Assembly (NCBI GenBank): GCA_009103225.1
Contig: RHPI01002069.1
Span: forward strand, 262,702-326,701
Direction: 5' to 3'
Length of the DNA: 64,000 nucleotides
Source: Chlorokybus atmophyticus
Taxonomy: Eukaryota > Plantae > Mesostigma and Chlorokybus algae
Shown here: piece by piece, positions 1-13,974 of the stretch
Position numbering within the stretch: position 1 is the first letter of the stretch
Layout of the letters: the number at the start of each line of letters is the position of its first letter
Translations under genes and position numbers: made by a program
Notes under the pieces: generated by a model
Told to the model about the DNA's origin: nothing
The model's input: only the letters and a program-made list of their open reading frames with translations
Database searches by the model: none

Positions 1-1230
1 GCACGACAAGCGTCCTCCATCCGGGTAAGAGAGTCCCTCATCTGTGACACGTAAATAAGATTATTGGCACTGGCGTCTGATGCTTGCGTGCGTGTGTAGG
101 TGCGTGCATGTGTGTACATGCATTACGCACGCTTGGCTATTATATTGTTTTATTGAAAACAAGTGATCATAACACTGTTTGTTACGATTACATGCGCACC
201 TGACAAGTTAATCGGTACGAGAGGAAACCAACCTTTCGCTAGAACTTGACTTACCTACACTGTGCATAGTGTTAGTCCTTCTCAAGGAAGAACGCTGTTA
301 CGTGCGTGTGCCTGCGATTATATGTATGTGTCATATATTCACTGTTCATAAAAACGGCACAAATACTTGTGCCGTTTTAACTTTTTTTTTTTTCCCCACT
401 TGGTAAGTCATGCTTGATATGAACCATAACAAGTATCTTTCAATGTTTGGTCAATGCTTCGTACCGCCATTAATATATTGTTAACGGTTTGCAAGATGTC
501 CCCGCATTCTTCAAATGTCGCTCATTAGCAAATGGGTTGCTCATACGTTGGCAACCTGGTAGCTTAGCGCGCAAACAGCTCTTTTGCCTGCTTTAGTGAA
601 CTCAATTAACATCATGATAAGAACATTCAGCATATTGTTAACCAAGTATGATGTTTACATTCGTGTCAGTGATCGCACCATAATGGTATGGATTGTTATG
701 AAACCACGGTATTCTTGCAATTGAAGTGATGTGTAAAGCTTGCGGGATGGTAACTTACTCGTTGTATTAATTAATGTTGTATGGAGCCCCTACTGAGCTC
801 TGCAAGTCTGTGTTGGAGCATGCAGGGGTCATTGACACGACCAAAGAGCGCTCCAAGGAATTCATTGCTATGTGCTTTTCGGTTGATGATATTTGTGTCA
901 CGTTCAAACCAAAACTAGCCACATGGCGATAGGAAGGTAGGCACAATTAACACAACAAGCGCTCCTAGAAGAAAACGCCGACGGTTTAGAGCTTGCACAT
1001 TGTCTCTGCATGCTACATACAATGACCCTGTTGCATTGCCTGGCAACCATCAGAAATGGCCACGAGGTCCAAATTGTATGCACATATGTGTCCATATGCA
1101 AATGCAACATCAATCGAGTCTTGCATGACACAGACATTTCTTGTACACGTTGCCAACCAACACACCATGCTGCAACCTACACATCTCGTGCACACCACAT
1201 CCCATTATTCAACACAGCACCTTGCTGTTG

Positions 1231-4200
1231 TCACTCGCACGTCTCATCACTGGTGCCATCACCCAACACCTGCAAGCTACATCCCCTTCCTTCTCTGGCC
1301 ATCACAACCACATTGCGCAGGTGCGTGCGCGCCTCCTTTGGCGCAAACGTGACCCACACTTGCACGCTCGCACCCGCCGCGAGCACGCCACTCGACGGCT
1401 CGAGCGTGAACGCGCTCGGGTTGGCATTGCTAGCATTGCCGCCATTGACGGTCCCCGTGCTCATGTTGGACCTAATGGACCTGTTGGACTTGTGGCTCCT
1501 GTGACTGGATGCGTTGGAGCGCATCGAGCGCATGGACATCTTGGAACCGGATCGGGCGGATCCGGAATGGCCCTGAGCAGGGTCGAAGTCGGGACCCGCG
1601 GCGGGAGCAACACGCCAGTCTGCAGGCACGCTTCCCGTGTTGGAGAGCGCAAAGTGCATTGTGTGAGGGGCTGAGGTGTGTACCCGCCCAAAGTTGAGCA
1701 GCGAGGGGGACAATGCGAGTCCAGGGTGCAGCACGTCCGCTATCAGTGGGACAACCTGAAAGAAGACAGCATCATTAGTATTACACACGTGCGCGTATGC
1801 GCACACATGCGCACGCGCATACGCACACACACAGCTGCATGCATGGCAACACACGTACTCACGCTCACATGCGCACATGCACACGCGCGCACACACACCA
1901 TCCCACACAGCTCAATGTAGTCACTCAGGACACAAGCGCTCACTTGTGTTGTGCCATTCCAGAACGTGACGACAAGCTTTCCAGCATGGTTCGAGTCCTG
2001 TATATCCGCGCCGCGTGTGTGTACAGGCGGGGTGAATCTCACGCCCACGCTCACGCTCTCGCGCGGCGGCAGCGTGAAGTGCCGATCGTGGTCCTGCGCC
2101 GCGCCCTGCGGGACCGAAGCCGTCGCGTCGGCCACTTCCCAACCCTCGCCCTCCGCGCGCACCTCGAAGGTCACCGCGCATGAGCACGCGTTGGTCAATG
2201 TCGTGCTCGATAGCGTGTACACATTGGGTGAGGCAGAGTCTATGTGTTGGGAAGGAGAGGGAGAAGCGCCAGCCTTGTAGACCACGCGCACGCGCCTGTG
2301 ATCGGACATAAGGCTGCAAGAGGGCAAAAAGTTAACAACTCGCATTGAGGTCAAGACTTGTGTGAACATGTCGATCTCACCTTGGTGACACAGTGTTGGC
2401 GTTGAGTTGGATTTCAACTGGTTGCATGCGTCTGCGCGGGGCTGCGGCGTGCGGGTGGAAGTTGCCGGCAAGTATGCACCTCACTTCCTCGTTGTCATCC
2501 ACCCACAACGCCGTGCGAACCATCTCCTCCTCCTCAACCCTTCTGCCTCTCCGCGCACCATCCACGCTCTGCTCCCCCCTCAACACCGCCCTCCACACGC
2601 CCTCCAATCCCGCCCGAAACTCCAGCGTGCAAGTTGCTTTCCCCCTTCCCGGCACAACCTGACAAGCAGTCGCTCATGTTGGGGTTTGCAACTTGTTGGT
2701 GTATGTGATACATCACATACACACTCTCTTACCAGTTCTTGCGGATTGACAGTGAAGGGTGCATTAGGTCCAACCATGATGCCGCCATCCTCAAGCTCCA
2801 CGTGCACGCGGTTGTCCTCCCCGTTAACGTGTAGACCCACCCGCACGCCTTTGGCGCCCTCCGTGTCATCGATGACGAGCCAACGTATTCGCATATCAAA
2901 GGCCGAGGCGTTCGTGAGCACCAAGCGCTTGGGTGCAGGTGGACCCGCCGTGCACACGGTGCCCCACACCACGGGCTTGAGTTGTACGTGAGTGTTTTTG
3001 TCGTTTGCTCCTCCGCCTTCATCAGTCCATGTGTACACGCTGCGGCCATCGCATTCGGCATGCAAGGGTGAGCCTGCCACGCCCGTACGTAAGGCGATGT
3101 CTGCGGGAGGCAGCGACCCAACGTGGCAGGTCAACGTGTCAGTGTACTCGCCGCACATCGTGGCAAAGGCCGACAACTCGCAGGTCCACACGCCCCACGG
3201 CGGGAGGACAAGACTGTTGATGGGGTGAGGAAGGAGTCGAACTGCCAACCCGCGCTCCATTGCAACCTGTAACACGCACACATTCAGTGACTTGTACAGC
3301 ATGCGTAGTCCACGATGGGGAAACAGATTAGTTCACTGTACCTGTGATCTATCTGATGCTTCGATTAGGCGGGATTTTATGATGTTTTTTCCCAGTTCAG
3401 ATCTAAACTTTTGCAGTGAGTCCTTTTCAGCTGCAGGTAATACGAGTGTGCGTGTATGTTGGCCAACTCTACTGTTAGTCTCATACGCGTTGTCTTCACT
3501 TTCAAGGCGGCCTTCCTCAAACTGTCTCAATCGCAGTTGTATTGGCGCAGGTGTGGCAGATAGGTTCCTTATGGACAAGAAGCGTGCGTGGCGTGTGGCT
3601 ATTGCGCACGCAGGGCCAAAGTCCACACGTACACCCGCGGCGGAGTTGTTGGCTTGAGCCGCGAGGACGTCGAGGTCGAGCTCCTCCGCGCGTGCATCGG
3701 TGGCGTCCCCATTGTTGTCGAGGATGGGTGGAGGTGCCTCTTGCGAGTGTGCGTGTATGTGGTACGATACGCTCAACCCGACTATAACGGGTGAACGGAT
3801 GATGAAGCCGATGGGGGAGAGCATCCCCGCCACCTCGCAACACGCCACGCACTCGAGCGAACCCGTCAAGCGCGGGGTGACCTCCACTTGGAGCACATAT
3901 GTACACGCCGGTGCCAACATGCCTTCCATTGGAGTCAACTTCACCTCGCAAGCGAGAGGGTCCGCACCCAACACGCGCCACACGTAGCGCGCGGGGAGCA
4001 TCGTAACGTTTGCGACCGTCACCTCGCGCGTGACGGTCACGCCAACGTAACTGGTGCCGATGTCGACTATGTTGGTACTCGCTCGCACACGCGGGTGCGC
4101 CGCATCACCCGTGACGTCCACATACTGCATGGAACCACTCGAGACGTGTACACCCACCACTGCACGCATAGCTCCGGGCTTGTCCGGTTGATACAACGCT

Positions 4201-7200
4201 CGCACACGTACACATTCACGCGGGCCGAGCACCCCACTATCCGGCTTGAACACCACCGGCATGTGATCCTTCTCAACAACAACACTCCACTCAGCCTCCA
4301 CATCCGACGTGTTGTGCACATTCACCTCCCTCTCGCACTCATCCCCAACCTCAACAAGACCAAAGTCTACTCCCGCTTCGAGAACTCGCACGGCGGGTCC
4401 ACGTACATCCGCTTCAACAAGGAGGGTGAGGGACTCTCCGTTGGCCACATGTATATGCAACACCTCGCGCACGGGACCGGGTGAACCCGACGCCAACACG
4501 CGAAGCAGGATGGAGTGAGTAGTGTTGGGTGAGAGAGTGCCGGAAGGTGGGTCGAAGGAGAGAAGGTGGGAAGAGAGGGTGGTGATGGCAGGGGAGGAGT
4601 AGTGAAGTGGTGCGGGGGTGCAGTTCTGATGGAAGATCAAGAGGGTGAGAGCGTGTTTGTGCGTGGGTGAGTGTGCGAGTGCGTGTGGGTGTGCGTGTGG
4701 GTATGTCCATCTACCTCAAGGGTTACAGAGCGTGTGTATGCGCCTGCTTTGAGCATGGTGCCGGGAAATGACGCAATGGGAGGCGCGAGACGTGCAAGGC
4801 AGCTGGCTCCAGCTCCCTCCATGTGAAGCCTCGCCACCGTCACCTCACCTGTGTCACACAGTCACCAACTTCATGCCATGCTGAAGTTGTCAACATCAAA
4901 ACTAAGAAAGGGTCACTGTGCGTGTACCTGCGGTGGTGCCATAGCCCACGGCAGTTGTGTCCACAACAAGAGCAGCCTCGCACGCGTATGAGCGCACGCC
5001 CGCGGGTGCAAAACTCGCCTCGAAGTCCGCCTCGCTGTTCGCCTCCAGCACGCCCTCCGCAGGGGAGACCTCAAACACCTGCACGTTGTTGTGTATCAAT
5101 GCTTCGTCATCATCACCCAGTAGTAGATTGTTGCAGCGATGGTGAACAATCAGCTACCTGCTCTGTATCGTTTTGTTCTGTCAGTACCCACTTGAAGGGG
5201 ATTGACAGCGGCGTGGAGTTGAAAATGGTGAGGGTCGTGTGGGTCTGCGCACCGGGGTTGGTCTCACCCATCCATAGAGGTGTTCTCCCTGTTGTTGTTG
5301 TTGTCGTCGTTGTTGTTGGAGGTGAGGTTGGGGGTGGCGGCGGGTAGCTGTCAACCGCCACTAAGTCCACCAGCAGCAAGGCGCCCTCGCCATGCAGCTC
5401 GTGCTTGTACACTTGCCTGAGGCAGGGGTTTGGTCAATGTAAGAGTGACTCACATATGCACCTGCGTATAACCTGACAATCAGTCTTACCCATTGTCGCA
5501 CGCAAGCCAAAGCCGCTCGCAATGCTCTCCTTCTTCCACGGGCGCAAACTCCACCCTCACCTCCGCGCTCTCACCCGTACCCAACCTTAACTCCCTCCTA
5601 TCCAACCTAAAAGCTCCGACAACAATATCTCCCTCCCCTTCCCCGTCCCCCTTCCCCTCCTCCTCTTCATCCCACACAACATCCCCACATGGCTCTTCCA
5701 CCAACACCCGGAATCGCCCACTCCCACCCTCATTAGTCACACTTAAGCACATGTCCACAGCGAGACCCGCGAGACACCGTCCGAGTCGTATCACGGCGGG
5801 TAAACTTAGTTGTGGCGGCGTGCGCGTCGCTTCAAGCGGGACAACGCAACGCGCCAACTCCGTTATGAGTGTGAACGAGTCCGCAAAGTCACGCAACGAG
5901 TCCGGCCGAAACTCCACAACAACTTGGCAGGTCATACCCGGCGCGAGGAGTGATGTGGATGTTGTTGTGTTGGTGTGGTAAGGCGGGAAGCGCACGGCCG
6001 CGATGGTGAAGTGGGTTGCTCCAATAGGAGGTAATAGTCTCACTCTTCGGGCCAACGTGCTGGCGTTGCGTATGAACACAACTTGGGCGTACACGCGGTT
6101 GGACTCGTAGTTGGTGAACGTGACGTGCGCGGGGCTCAACACGAAGGCGGGGTCGCCGGATAGGGTGCCAGGTGGGAGAGTGTGACCGTGCGGGTGGGTG
6201 TCGCTCTCAGTGTGGGTGTCGCGCATTGGGTGGAGAGTCTGTATGCGGAGTGAGTGTTGAGGGTGAGGGCGAGGGTGAGGGTCTGTGAGTTTGATATTAG
6301 AGTATGGGTACCTTTGTGGAGAGGTTGCAGCGGGGGTTGCGAAGGAAATGAAGCCGCTCGTGCATGCGCCGCAGGATTGTCTGCTCCTGAGGTTCAAACA
6401 TACAACACGACTTGAGTACAAGGCTTTCGGTTTGCTTAAGGCCGAGCCGACTCGCTCTGTGCGTGCGTGCGCGTGCGCTCGCGTCTTGTTATTGTGTCCA
6501 CATCTACAACTCGAACCCCTTACCAGCTGCCACTGCGTAGCACTCATCTTCTGCGCCCACTTCTTCCCTCCCCCAAACCGTTCATCACCCCCTTTCCCCC
6601 CCTCCCCCCCCTCCGCCTCCTCCTCCCCCTCTCCCTCTCCCTCACGCCTATGCTTAGACACCTCCTTCTCCCTCCTCTTCCTCCTCCCCTCCGCCGCCGC
6701 CTCCCTCCTCACGTCCGCGTTCCTCGTCGCCCTCATGTACGCGTACGTGTTCTCGCGCAGGAACTCCAGCGTGCGGGGGGGAGCCGTGCTGCGATCGACG
6801 GCGCGGGAGTGGGCGGACAGCAGGGAGGAGGCGTCCACGAGGGGAGGGAGGGAGAGGGGAGGGGGGGAGTGTGGGTGTTGGGAATGGAGGGTCTGGCGGA
6901 GGGAGGAGGGGGGAGGGGGGAGGTGCGCCGCGCGGTGAGCTGGGGTGAAGGCTGCGGAAGGGTGTGGTTGGGTTGAGTGTGGTTCTGAGTGCACGTGAAG
7001 TGTCTGTGTGTTGCGTGCGCAGATGCACGTGAACACACGCATACAGAGACATCCATGTTTGCATCTGCGTACACAATTACACACCAACAGACACCAAGCC
7101 ACCTACGCCTGCGTGAATACACACACAGATGCACGCATGTACACGAACACACACATGCACGTGCATGTCCACAGACATGTCCATATGCAGTTTCATACAT

Positions 7201-7999
7201 GAAGGCCCAAACACCAACAGCCACATGCTTAAACACATCCACATCATTCATACCGTAGTCCTGTGCGGCCCTCGCCGCCTCCTGTCTCTGCGCCGCCCTC
7301 GCCGCCGCCGCCACGATCCGGCTCCGCGCGTCCGCCCACGCCGCGACGGCTGCCTCGCGCTCGCGCTCCACCGACGCAACCCGCTGCGCCAGGGCATTGT
7401 CCACCTCATCCACCTCATTAGTCCCCTTGTACTCCTCGTTGGTGGGGCGGGTGGGGGGAGGGGGGAAGAGAGGGGCGAGGAGGTCGGCAATGCTGTGGGG
7501 GGAGGAGGAGGAGGTTGTGGACGAGGGGAGGTCCATTGCTGTGGTTGTGTAGATGTCGTGGGTATCCTTGGGAGTTGACAATCTGTTGCCGGGACTAGGC
7601 AGTTGCTCTACTGCCACATTGTTGCAGGAATGTGAGCGCTGCCCTGCTACCGACGCATTGATGGCTGTACATTATCGCCCAGCATCACCCTAACACCGGT
7701 TATGCCTTTGCCTTTGCCAATGACACTGCATTCTGTCGTTGCTGAACTTGGTAAAGGTAGTTAGCTGTTAACTTTGGCCATCACTCCGGCCTGGCCTGGC
7801 CCGGCCAGGCGCGCCGTCCATCACTGCCACACCTCAACACATCAGACCATCCCGCAGTCCCGTGGACTCTCAGCCCCTGATTCTTCTCCCCAGTTCCCAC
7901 TATCTCCGCTCCTCCGGTCACCGTGGTTTGGAACTGCTCCTCCTCCTCCTCCTCCTCCGCCGCCGCCTCTAGTGCTCCAAGCCCACGGCAAGCTGCCAC
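1231..7999 (-). CDS. DLEC1: DLEC1/CFAP81-like flagellar protein with multiple ASH/Ig-like domains (multi-exon; 5' end approximate)
   Basis: Exon peptide PAFVLSPAHVTFTNYESNRVYAQVVFIRNASTLARRVRLLPP...LLAPGMTCQVVVEFRPDSLRDFADSF...PLEATRTPPQLSLP...GRCLAG matches the first DLEC1 ASH domain as I recall it. Repeated P-x-SG-x-L-x-P Ig/ASH motifs occur in ORFs 1231-1908, 1743-2471, 2580-3302, 3333-4640 and 4902-5099. The C-terminus REGRGCSLQVLGDGTSDETCE* resembles the DLEC1 end. Introns are GT-AG and CA/GT-rich. The true ATG was not resolved (about 7.6-8.3 kb). Confidence 0.85.
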
Positions 8000-8587
8000 G
8001 TCAGCCCTACCACCAGGCCATGGGAGAGGCGGGCCGATCCCTCGTCACGTGACTCCGCCAAACACCGGAAGTCACGGGGGAGCGTCACGCGTTACTCTGC
8101 GCTCCCGCAGCATCACAACGCCACGCGTGACGCCCCACGCCCATCTGGCCGGCCCGTCATGGCGGCGGCGGCGGCGGCGTGCGGGAGGGTGCCGCCGCCG
8201 TGGTCGGTGCACAGGAGGACCAGTGGACAGTCTAGTATGAGGCAGCAGCGATGGGCGCAGCAGGAGAGGGCGGCTGCTTTTGCTGCATGGCATACGCCAC
8301 TCCGCACATTCCAACTCCGCTGTGCTGGTGTGACATTGACAACACAACATCTTCAAACTCTTGAATTGTTTACAAAACTTGGACACATGACTGTTGACGC
8401 GAGCATGCAAAGTACGCTACTTCCTGCACAGCTTTCCGACTGCTACCGGTGCATGGCTTGCTGATGACCACATCAAAGGGTGGTGCACGCAAGCTTTGAT
8501 AGTCATTGCACAACGTCTGGCATAGTGTATTACAGCGACTCGCACATACAACTTGCTCCCTACCTCTTACCTCTCAGCAATCACGCA

Positions 8588-10718
8588 ATGAAATCTCCGA
8601 GTTCTGGGATTGGGCGTTGCATGCGAGCCGTGCAGTACTACAACCGTGCAAATGCATGCTCGCCGTCCCGTACCCTTGCTCCATTGTGTCCAAATGCTAT
8701 TGCCACTGCTCAGTCACACCTGCGCTACATCGCTAAGTTGAGCACCACCAACTCACCAACACACTCGCCCACAGGCCCACACCGTCAAACCCACAACCAC
8801 CCGCACCCTCACTCTCACCACCTTCACCGACGCCGCAGAACACTCGTACGCACACACGCCTCCTCCTCCTTCTCCCAGCCTCACACCACCCCCACTCCCA
8901 ACACCAACCAGTCCTCCCTCCTCACCCCCTTCACCCGCTTCCTCTCCTCCAACTTCCTCCCATTGGCACTGCTATCTGCGTTGGGTGTGGGTTGGTCTGC
9001 TCCATCCGCAGGGCAAGCTGTCGCGGCTCGCGGTGGTCAGCAGGCCGCCACCGCGGGCATCTTCCTCATCTCGGGGATGTGTCTCGCTGCGGGGGAGATG
9101 AGGACGCGGGTGGTGAAGGAGTGGAGGGCGTGGGGGTATTGCGTGATCATGGTGCTGGTTGCTACGCCAATCTTAGCATTGGCGGCGCTCAGACTGCCGA
9201 TTGAACCGAAGGAGTTGGCCACAGGTGGGTGGGGTGGGTGGGTGACACAACTTGTGGTGAAGTGATGGGGTGCATGAGTGTTGGGTTGGTTGTCAGGTTT
9301 GGCGCTTTTCTGTTGTATGCCTACGGCGCTGTCGACGGGAGTCTCACTCACGCAGGTACGTGGGCGCATGCGCTTGGTAGGGTGTGTTGGGTAGTGGTGT
9401 TGGGTGTGTGGTTGGGTAAGCAGTGTGTAACGCATGCATGCAGGCTGTGGGCGGTAACACTCCTCTGGCGCTCGCGGTCACAGTTGGGACAAACATCCTC
9501 GGCTGCGCAACAGTGAGTCACACGCACGTGCACATGCTGCACATACGGTGTTGTTGGTATCGTTGTGTGTATCAGTTTGATTGTGATAGGTGCCGTGGGT
9601 GTTGGCGGGTGTGCTTGGGCGCGGGATGGGCGTGACGCTTGACCCCACGCCACTCCTGCGCAACCTCGTCTACTTTACCCTCCTCCCACTCCTCACCGGC
9701 ATGGTACATAGCACCCACACATCAACACCATGTTCGTCACCTTGTGTGTTGCTCACGGTTGTGTGAGCAGTTGTTGCGCGCGACAATGCAAGGTGAGTGC
9801 CAGCATCATCACGGCATGAAGATGAGTGGACAAGGGCTAAATTGACGATGATGGAAGCCAACATGGAGCGGGGAACCGTTACGTAGGTGTTGAGCGCGCA
9901 GTCCAAGCGCACCGCAAGAAGTTTTCGCTGGCCAGCACTATTCTCCTAGTCATGGCAAGTGCTTGCTGTTGACACTGACACATCCCACCCACCCACACCC
10001 ACACCCACACCCACACTCACCCACCCACACCCACCCACTCACCCACCCTGTCCCTCAGGTCCCTTGGCAGCAAGTCTCCCTCTCCTCCCGCGCCCTCTCC
10101 TCCCGTCTCTCCCCCGCATCGTTGTTGTCCTGTGCAGCGGCCGGCCTCGCCGTCCACGTCGCCTATCTCGCCCTGAACGCGCTGATGATCAACGTACCTG
10201 GCGTGGTTCACGTCGAGGGGGAGGACGCGAGAGGCACACGACGTGCCGTTCTGCTCGTCGCTAGCCAGGTGAGAGAGAGTAGGGTGGAGTGGGGTACTTT
10301 GACATATGATACTGAAAGTGTGTGTGTGTGTGTGTGTGTAGAAAACGCTGGCGATTGCGGCTGCGGTGGTGCCGAGGTTGCCGGCGGCGGCGGGGGAGCC
10401 GGGGCTGCTGATTGTGCCGTGCATGGCCGCGCATCTTATGCAGGTATTGCGTAAATGGGTAGTGGGCATGCCAGTGTGTGCATATGTATGTAGCGGTAAT
10501 GACTACTACACTGGCGTGCACACATCTTCTTGCGCATGCATATCAGCGTGTGTATGCTTCTGTATGTATACGCTCGTGGAAATCTGCTGCAATATGTCTT
10601 TTTCCTAAGTTCGTCTTGGTATGCACAGATCCTTGTGGACTCTGCGATTGTTGCCAAATGGATCAGGCAGGATGAGCAGGAGCGACTGGAAAGGAGTGGG
10701 GTACTTGCCACATCATAG
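8588..10718 (+). CDS. BASS4: Plastid sodium/metabolite (bile acid:Na+ symporter-like, SBF-like) cotransporter, BASS4-type
   Basis: Spliced peptides NFLPLALLSALGVG...GIFLISG...LPIEPKELATG, GGNTPLALAVTVGTNILG, RAVLLVASQ|KTLAIAAAVV...GEPGLLIVPCMAAHLMQ|ILVDSAIVAKW follow the BASS4 motif order. The N-terminal region is Ser/Thr/Arg-rich and transit-like. The start could be 8588 or a later ATG. Confidence 0.85.
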
Positions 10719-11526
10719 CTGATTGCTTGAAACCTTGTATCTCTACGCAAACATCTGACAACGGTACCAGACAGTGTTCCAATTATTTGCGGTTGTTGCA
10801 CAGCTGCCTAATTGTACTGGCCACACAAGGTTTTGCTCACGCTGTCTGTCAACCCCTGCTGTCATAGTATGGCATCAATAATGCAGTATACTTGGACAGC
10901 GTTTGCGAGTGTCATCACACAGCTGCCAATTCATTGCGGCAGCTGTGTTTGCTCCTGGCCTGAAGTAGGCAAGGTTCTGGGCAGCGTACCTTAAGTTAGT
11001 GGGATTGCCAACTCCACTTTAAGCACAGGTATGCATAGAGAGAGCGGACAGATTCGTGGCCTTTGAACTCCTGGCAGAGAGACATGGCGGCTGCAGCATG
11101 GCTGTCTTCTGTGAGCGGTGCTATGTCCTCACGGTTCCACATTTGTAGAGTTTGGAGAATATTGGCCTGTAGGCCGCTGAGGGAAAGTAACGAGTAAGCA
11201 TCCGCTGTTGAGTGCTGGGTGCAACGGTGACATCCAAATGTCCCAAAGTATGATAAGACCAGCCAACTGGGATGATGCAGCTGTTCAGGGAAAACGACCA
11301 ATCGCATGAAGCAGTGCCGAAGCAAGCGCAGCAGGCATAGCTGGTGAAGAATGATGACAACAACCCATGCAATACAGATTACACAATTCCATGCATTATG
11401 TTATTGTGGAGGCGATGCACAACAGAGCATTGTCACCGCTTGCCGCGTATGCACACAAAGTGCAATGTGGGGTGGCATATGCAAGTGTACACGCGCAACA
11501 AGCGCAAAAACGTAGAAACAGTATAT

Positions 11527-11700
11527 AATATAGCATGCAAGGATTGTGGCATGCATGAGAATGTAGCAAACATGCATGCAATCCGCACTCTACACCATCG
11601 CACTCTTATATTCACCACCGGGATGTCCAAGTTCACTACTTATCTACCTTCACTACTGCCCGTACCCCATGCAATGCACATGCATGCACGTGTAATTACC
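11527..11700. repeat. Copy of a dispersed repeat (CACCACCGGG core at 11613); its left part is shared with 50681-50760
   Basis: AATATAGCATGCAAGGATTGTGGCATGCATGAGA (11527-11560) matches AATATAGGATGCAAGGATTGTGGCATGCATGAGA (50681-50714) at 33/34 positions. The CACCACCGGG core is shared with 32152, 33171 and 53636(-). Confidence 0.6.
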
Positions 11701-12098
11701 TGTACAACACGACCAGTATCCGCATTGAACAGTTTGGTGGTGGTGGTCAGTTCAGCAAGAACATATACCTTGCATATACTCATACCAGCTTATCCTCTGA
11801 GTACAGTAGCCGCTTACGCAGCAAAGTCGCAGAGCACATCAGATACTTGCCCACCAATACAACTGCATGAACATGGAGCGCCTGACCTGTACTCGCAGTA
11901 TTGACAAGTTACACAAATTCCCTGTCCTGCACACCTCAAGTCCCTGTGCAGGACAGGGAAACTTTGAACTTCCAGCCAAGTGACACCCCAGCTCAGAAAA
12001 GTCTGGGAGGGTTGGTGCCAACAATCAAAGACAAAAATGGCTTACTACCACCTATATACACGCAGGCACGACCACGTACACAACGCTACGCAACCCAA

Positions 12099-13578
12099 CT
12101 ACAGGCTTCCCTCCAGCTGCAGGAGGCGATCCTGCAGGGTAGCTCCTCGTGGCCGCGCCTCAGGGAGCTCTCTGCGCGCATTGCTGTAGGTATTCTCGCC
12201 ATGTAGCTCCTTCTTCATGCGTGCAATCTCATCATCAACCTCCGAAGCACCCTCGAGTGCAGCGAATCGCGATGCAAGGCCATCAGTGATCATCCCGCTA
12301 GACTCGAAGGCTGCCTCCGCCTCGGCCTCGAGCGCAAGGACCTTCTCCTCCATCTGCTGGAATGCTGCCACCGCGGAGCTGCTGCCGATGCCAGCCAGCA
12401 TCTCGTTCACCTGCTTGGTGGTCTTTGCGGCCTGCGCGCGTGCAGCAAGCTGCGAGGACTTCCCGCGTGCATCCGCCACGCGCGCCTCGAGCGAAGCCGC
12501 TGCTGAGGATAGCTGGCTTGCCGCCCGAGCTTGGGCATCGTATTGTGCCCGGAGCGATGTTGCTGTAGTTGCCACTGCCTGTCAAACAAGACAAGGAAGG
12601 AACAAGTGTGAGCTGCTGTAAAACAATGCACACAGCAATAGGTACGCTGGCAGCTGGCAACTAACGAGTCAACATCAACACATGTCAATCAAGCAAAAAC
12701 TGCAACTAAACTGAGTGTGGAGCTGTTGAAGGTGACCAACAGAGGTCATGCACCTTTTTCCTGCGGAGAGCTTCGCGAGCCAGTTCTTCATCGCCATTGC
12801 GTAGTGCCAGCTCAGCGCGGCGCTGCCAGTCCTCCACGGTGTTGTCGGCCTGCTTGAGGCGTCCCTCCATCATGCGTTGAGCGGCGAGCACCTGGGCTGA
12901 GGCGCTGCGCACGCGGGCGAGGTCGGCTGTCATGTCAGCGGCCGCCTGCTGTATAACAGCTTCAGGGTCCTCCACGGACGTCACCGACTGGTTGACGAAG
13001 GAGCGGATGATGCGTGCGACGCGGTCGAAGATGTTAGCTTCAACTGTGAAACGCGCTGGCTGCTTCGTAGCCTGCAGCTGCCAGCTTGTAGGCTTGGTGC
13101 TGATTGAAAGCTTTATGCCTGTGTGATTCACCACAAGTGAGTCAATGATGACTGCATAACCACATTGACGCCTAGCATCACAAACAGTTGTGACGCTGAC
13201 TACTAGTTACTGAGTAAGACAATCAGCAAGTGTGCATGCAACCTGTACCATAGCTTGCAGCATGCATGCAAGCCAACATGCAATGCGGAAGCAAGGTTCA
13301 ACTCTACTCTGCACAGCAAACTGCTCGTCCAATTAGCAGCATGCATGCTGTATGCTTCAAAGCATGCACTACCAGTGGCTAAGACCCAACATGCAAACAC
13401 TAGCTTCCAGAATCACCAAACAAGACGCACCCGTGAGGAAGCCATTGTTCAGGCGGGGAGAAGGAGATGCAGCCGCCTGGAAGCCGTTGGCGGAGCTCGG
13501 CTGGCTGGTTGAGCTCAGGCTTGAGCTGCTAGAACGCAGCTGCAGCGCTACTGAAGACGCCGTCGCCACCGCCGCCAT
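12099..13578 (-). CDS. VIPP1: VIPP1-like / PspA-IM30 (ESCRT-III-like) plastid membrane-remodelling protein, divergent
   Basis: Transit peptide MAAVATASSVALQLRSSSSS... starts at ATG 13578. Core NIFDRVARIIRSF...EDPE...QVLAAQ...WQRRAELALRNGDEELAREALRRKK, then ARAQAAKTTKQVNEML...AFQQMEEKVLALEAEAEA...VDDEIARMKKEL. Confidence 0.88.
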
Positions 13579-13974
13579 ATTGACAGAAACAGAACTCCCG
13601 CACACCAAGCACAGCAGACAATAACAAAGCAGCCTCCTGCAGAAAGCTGGACGACGCTCCTCCCGGTCCCGGCGGCGGCGGCGAACAACAAGCTGAGAGC
13701 TGAGAACAAAGCTGAAGTTTGAGCCTATCTATAGCGCAAGAGCGTTGTGACGTTGTTGGCAACAACGCTGCCTGCCGCGCCTCTGTGCGAAGCAGCAGAC
13801 ACCGCCAACAACAACGCTGTCAACAACGCGAAAAAGCGAGAAAGCGCTGCTGATGTCAGCTGCTACGCTTTCCAGCGTGGGCAGAGCCACCGCCGTTGGA
13901 TTGAGACGCGTCTGCCGTGGCTGCATAGCTGACATGCACGTCACATTTGCCCGCTGACGACGTTTTATAATATA

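Noticed and set aside
1-1230. Protein-like short frames downstream of DLEC1 (including ORF 1010-1504)
   Set aside because: No recognisable family; the longer ORFs are antisense shadows of DLEC1 exons or low-complexity sequence.
10996-11325. 109-aa minus-strand ORF between BASS4 and VIPP
   Set aside because: No recognisable motif or splice context; probably UTR or intergenic sequence.
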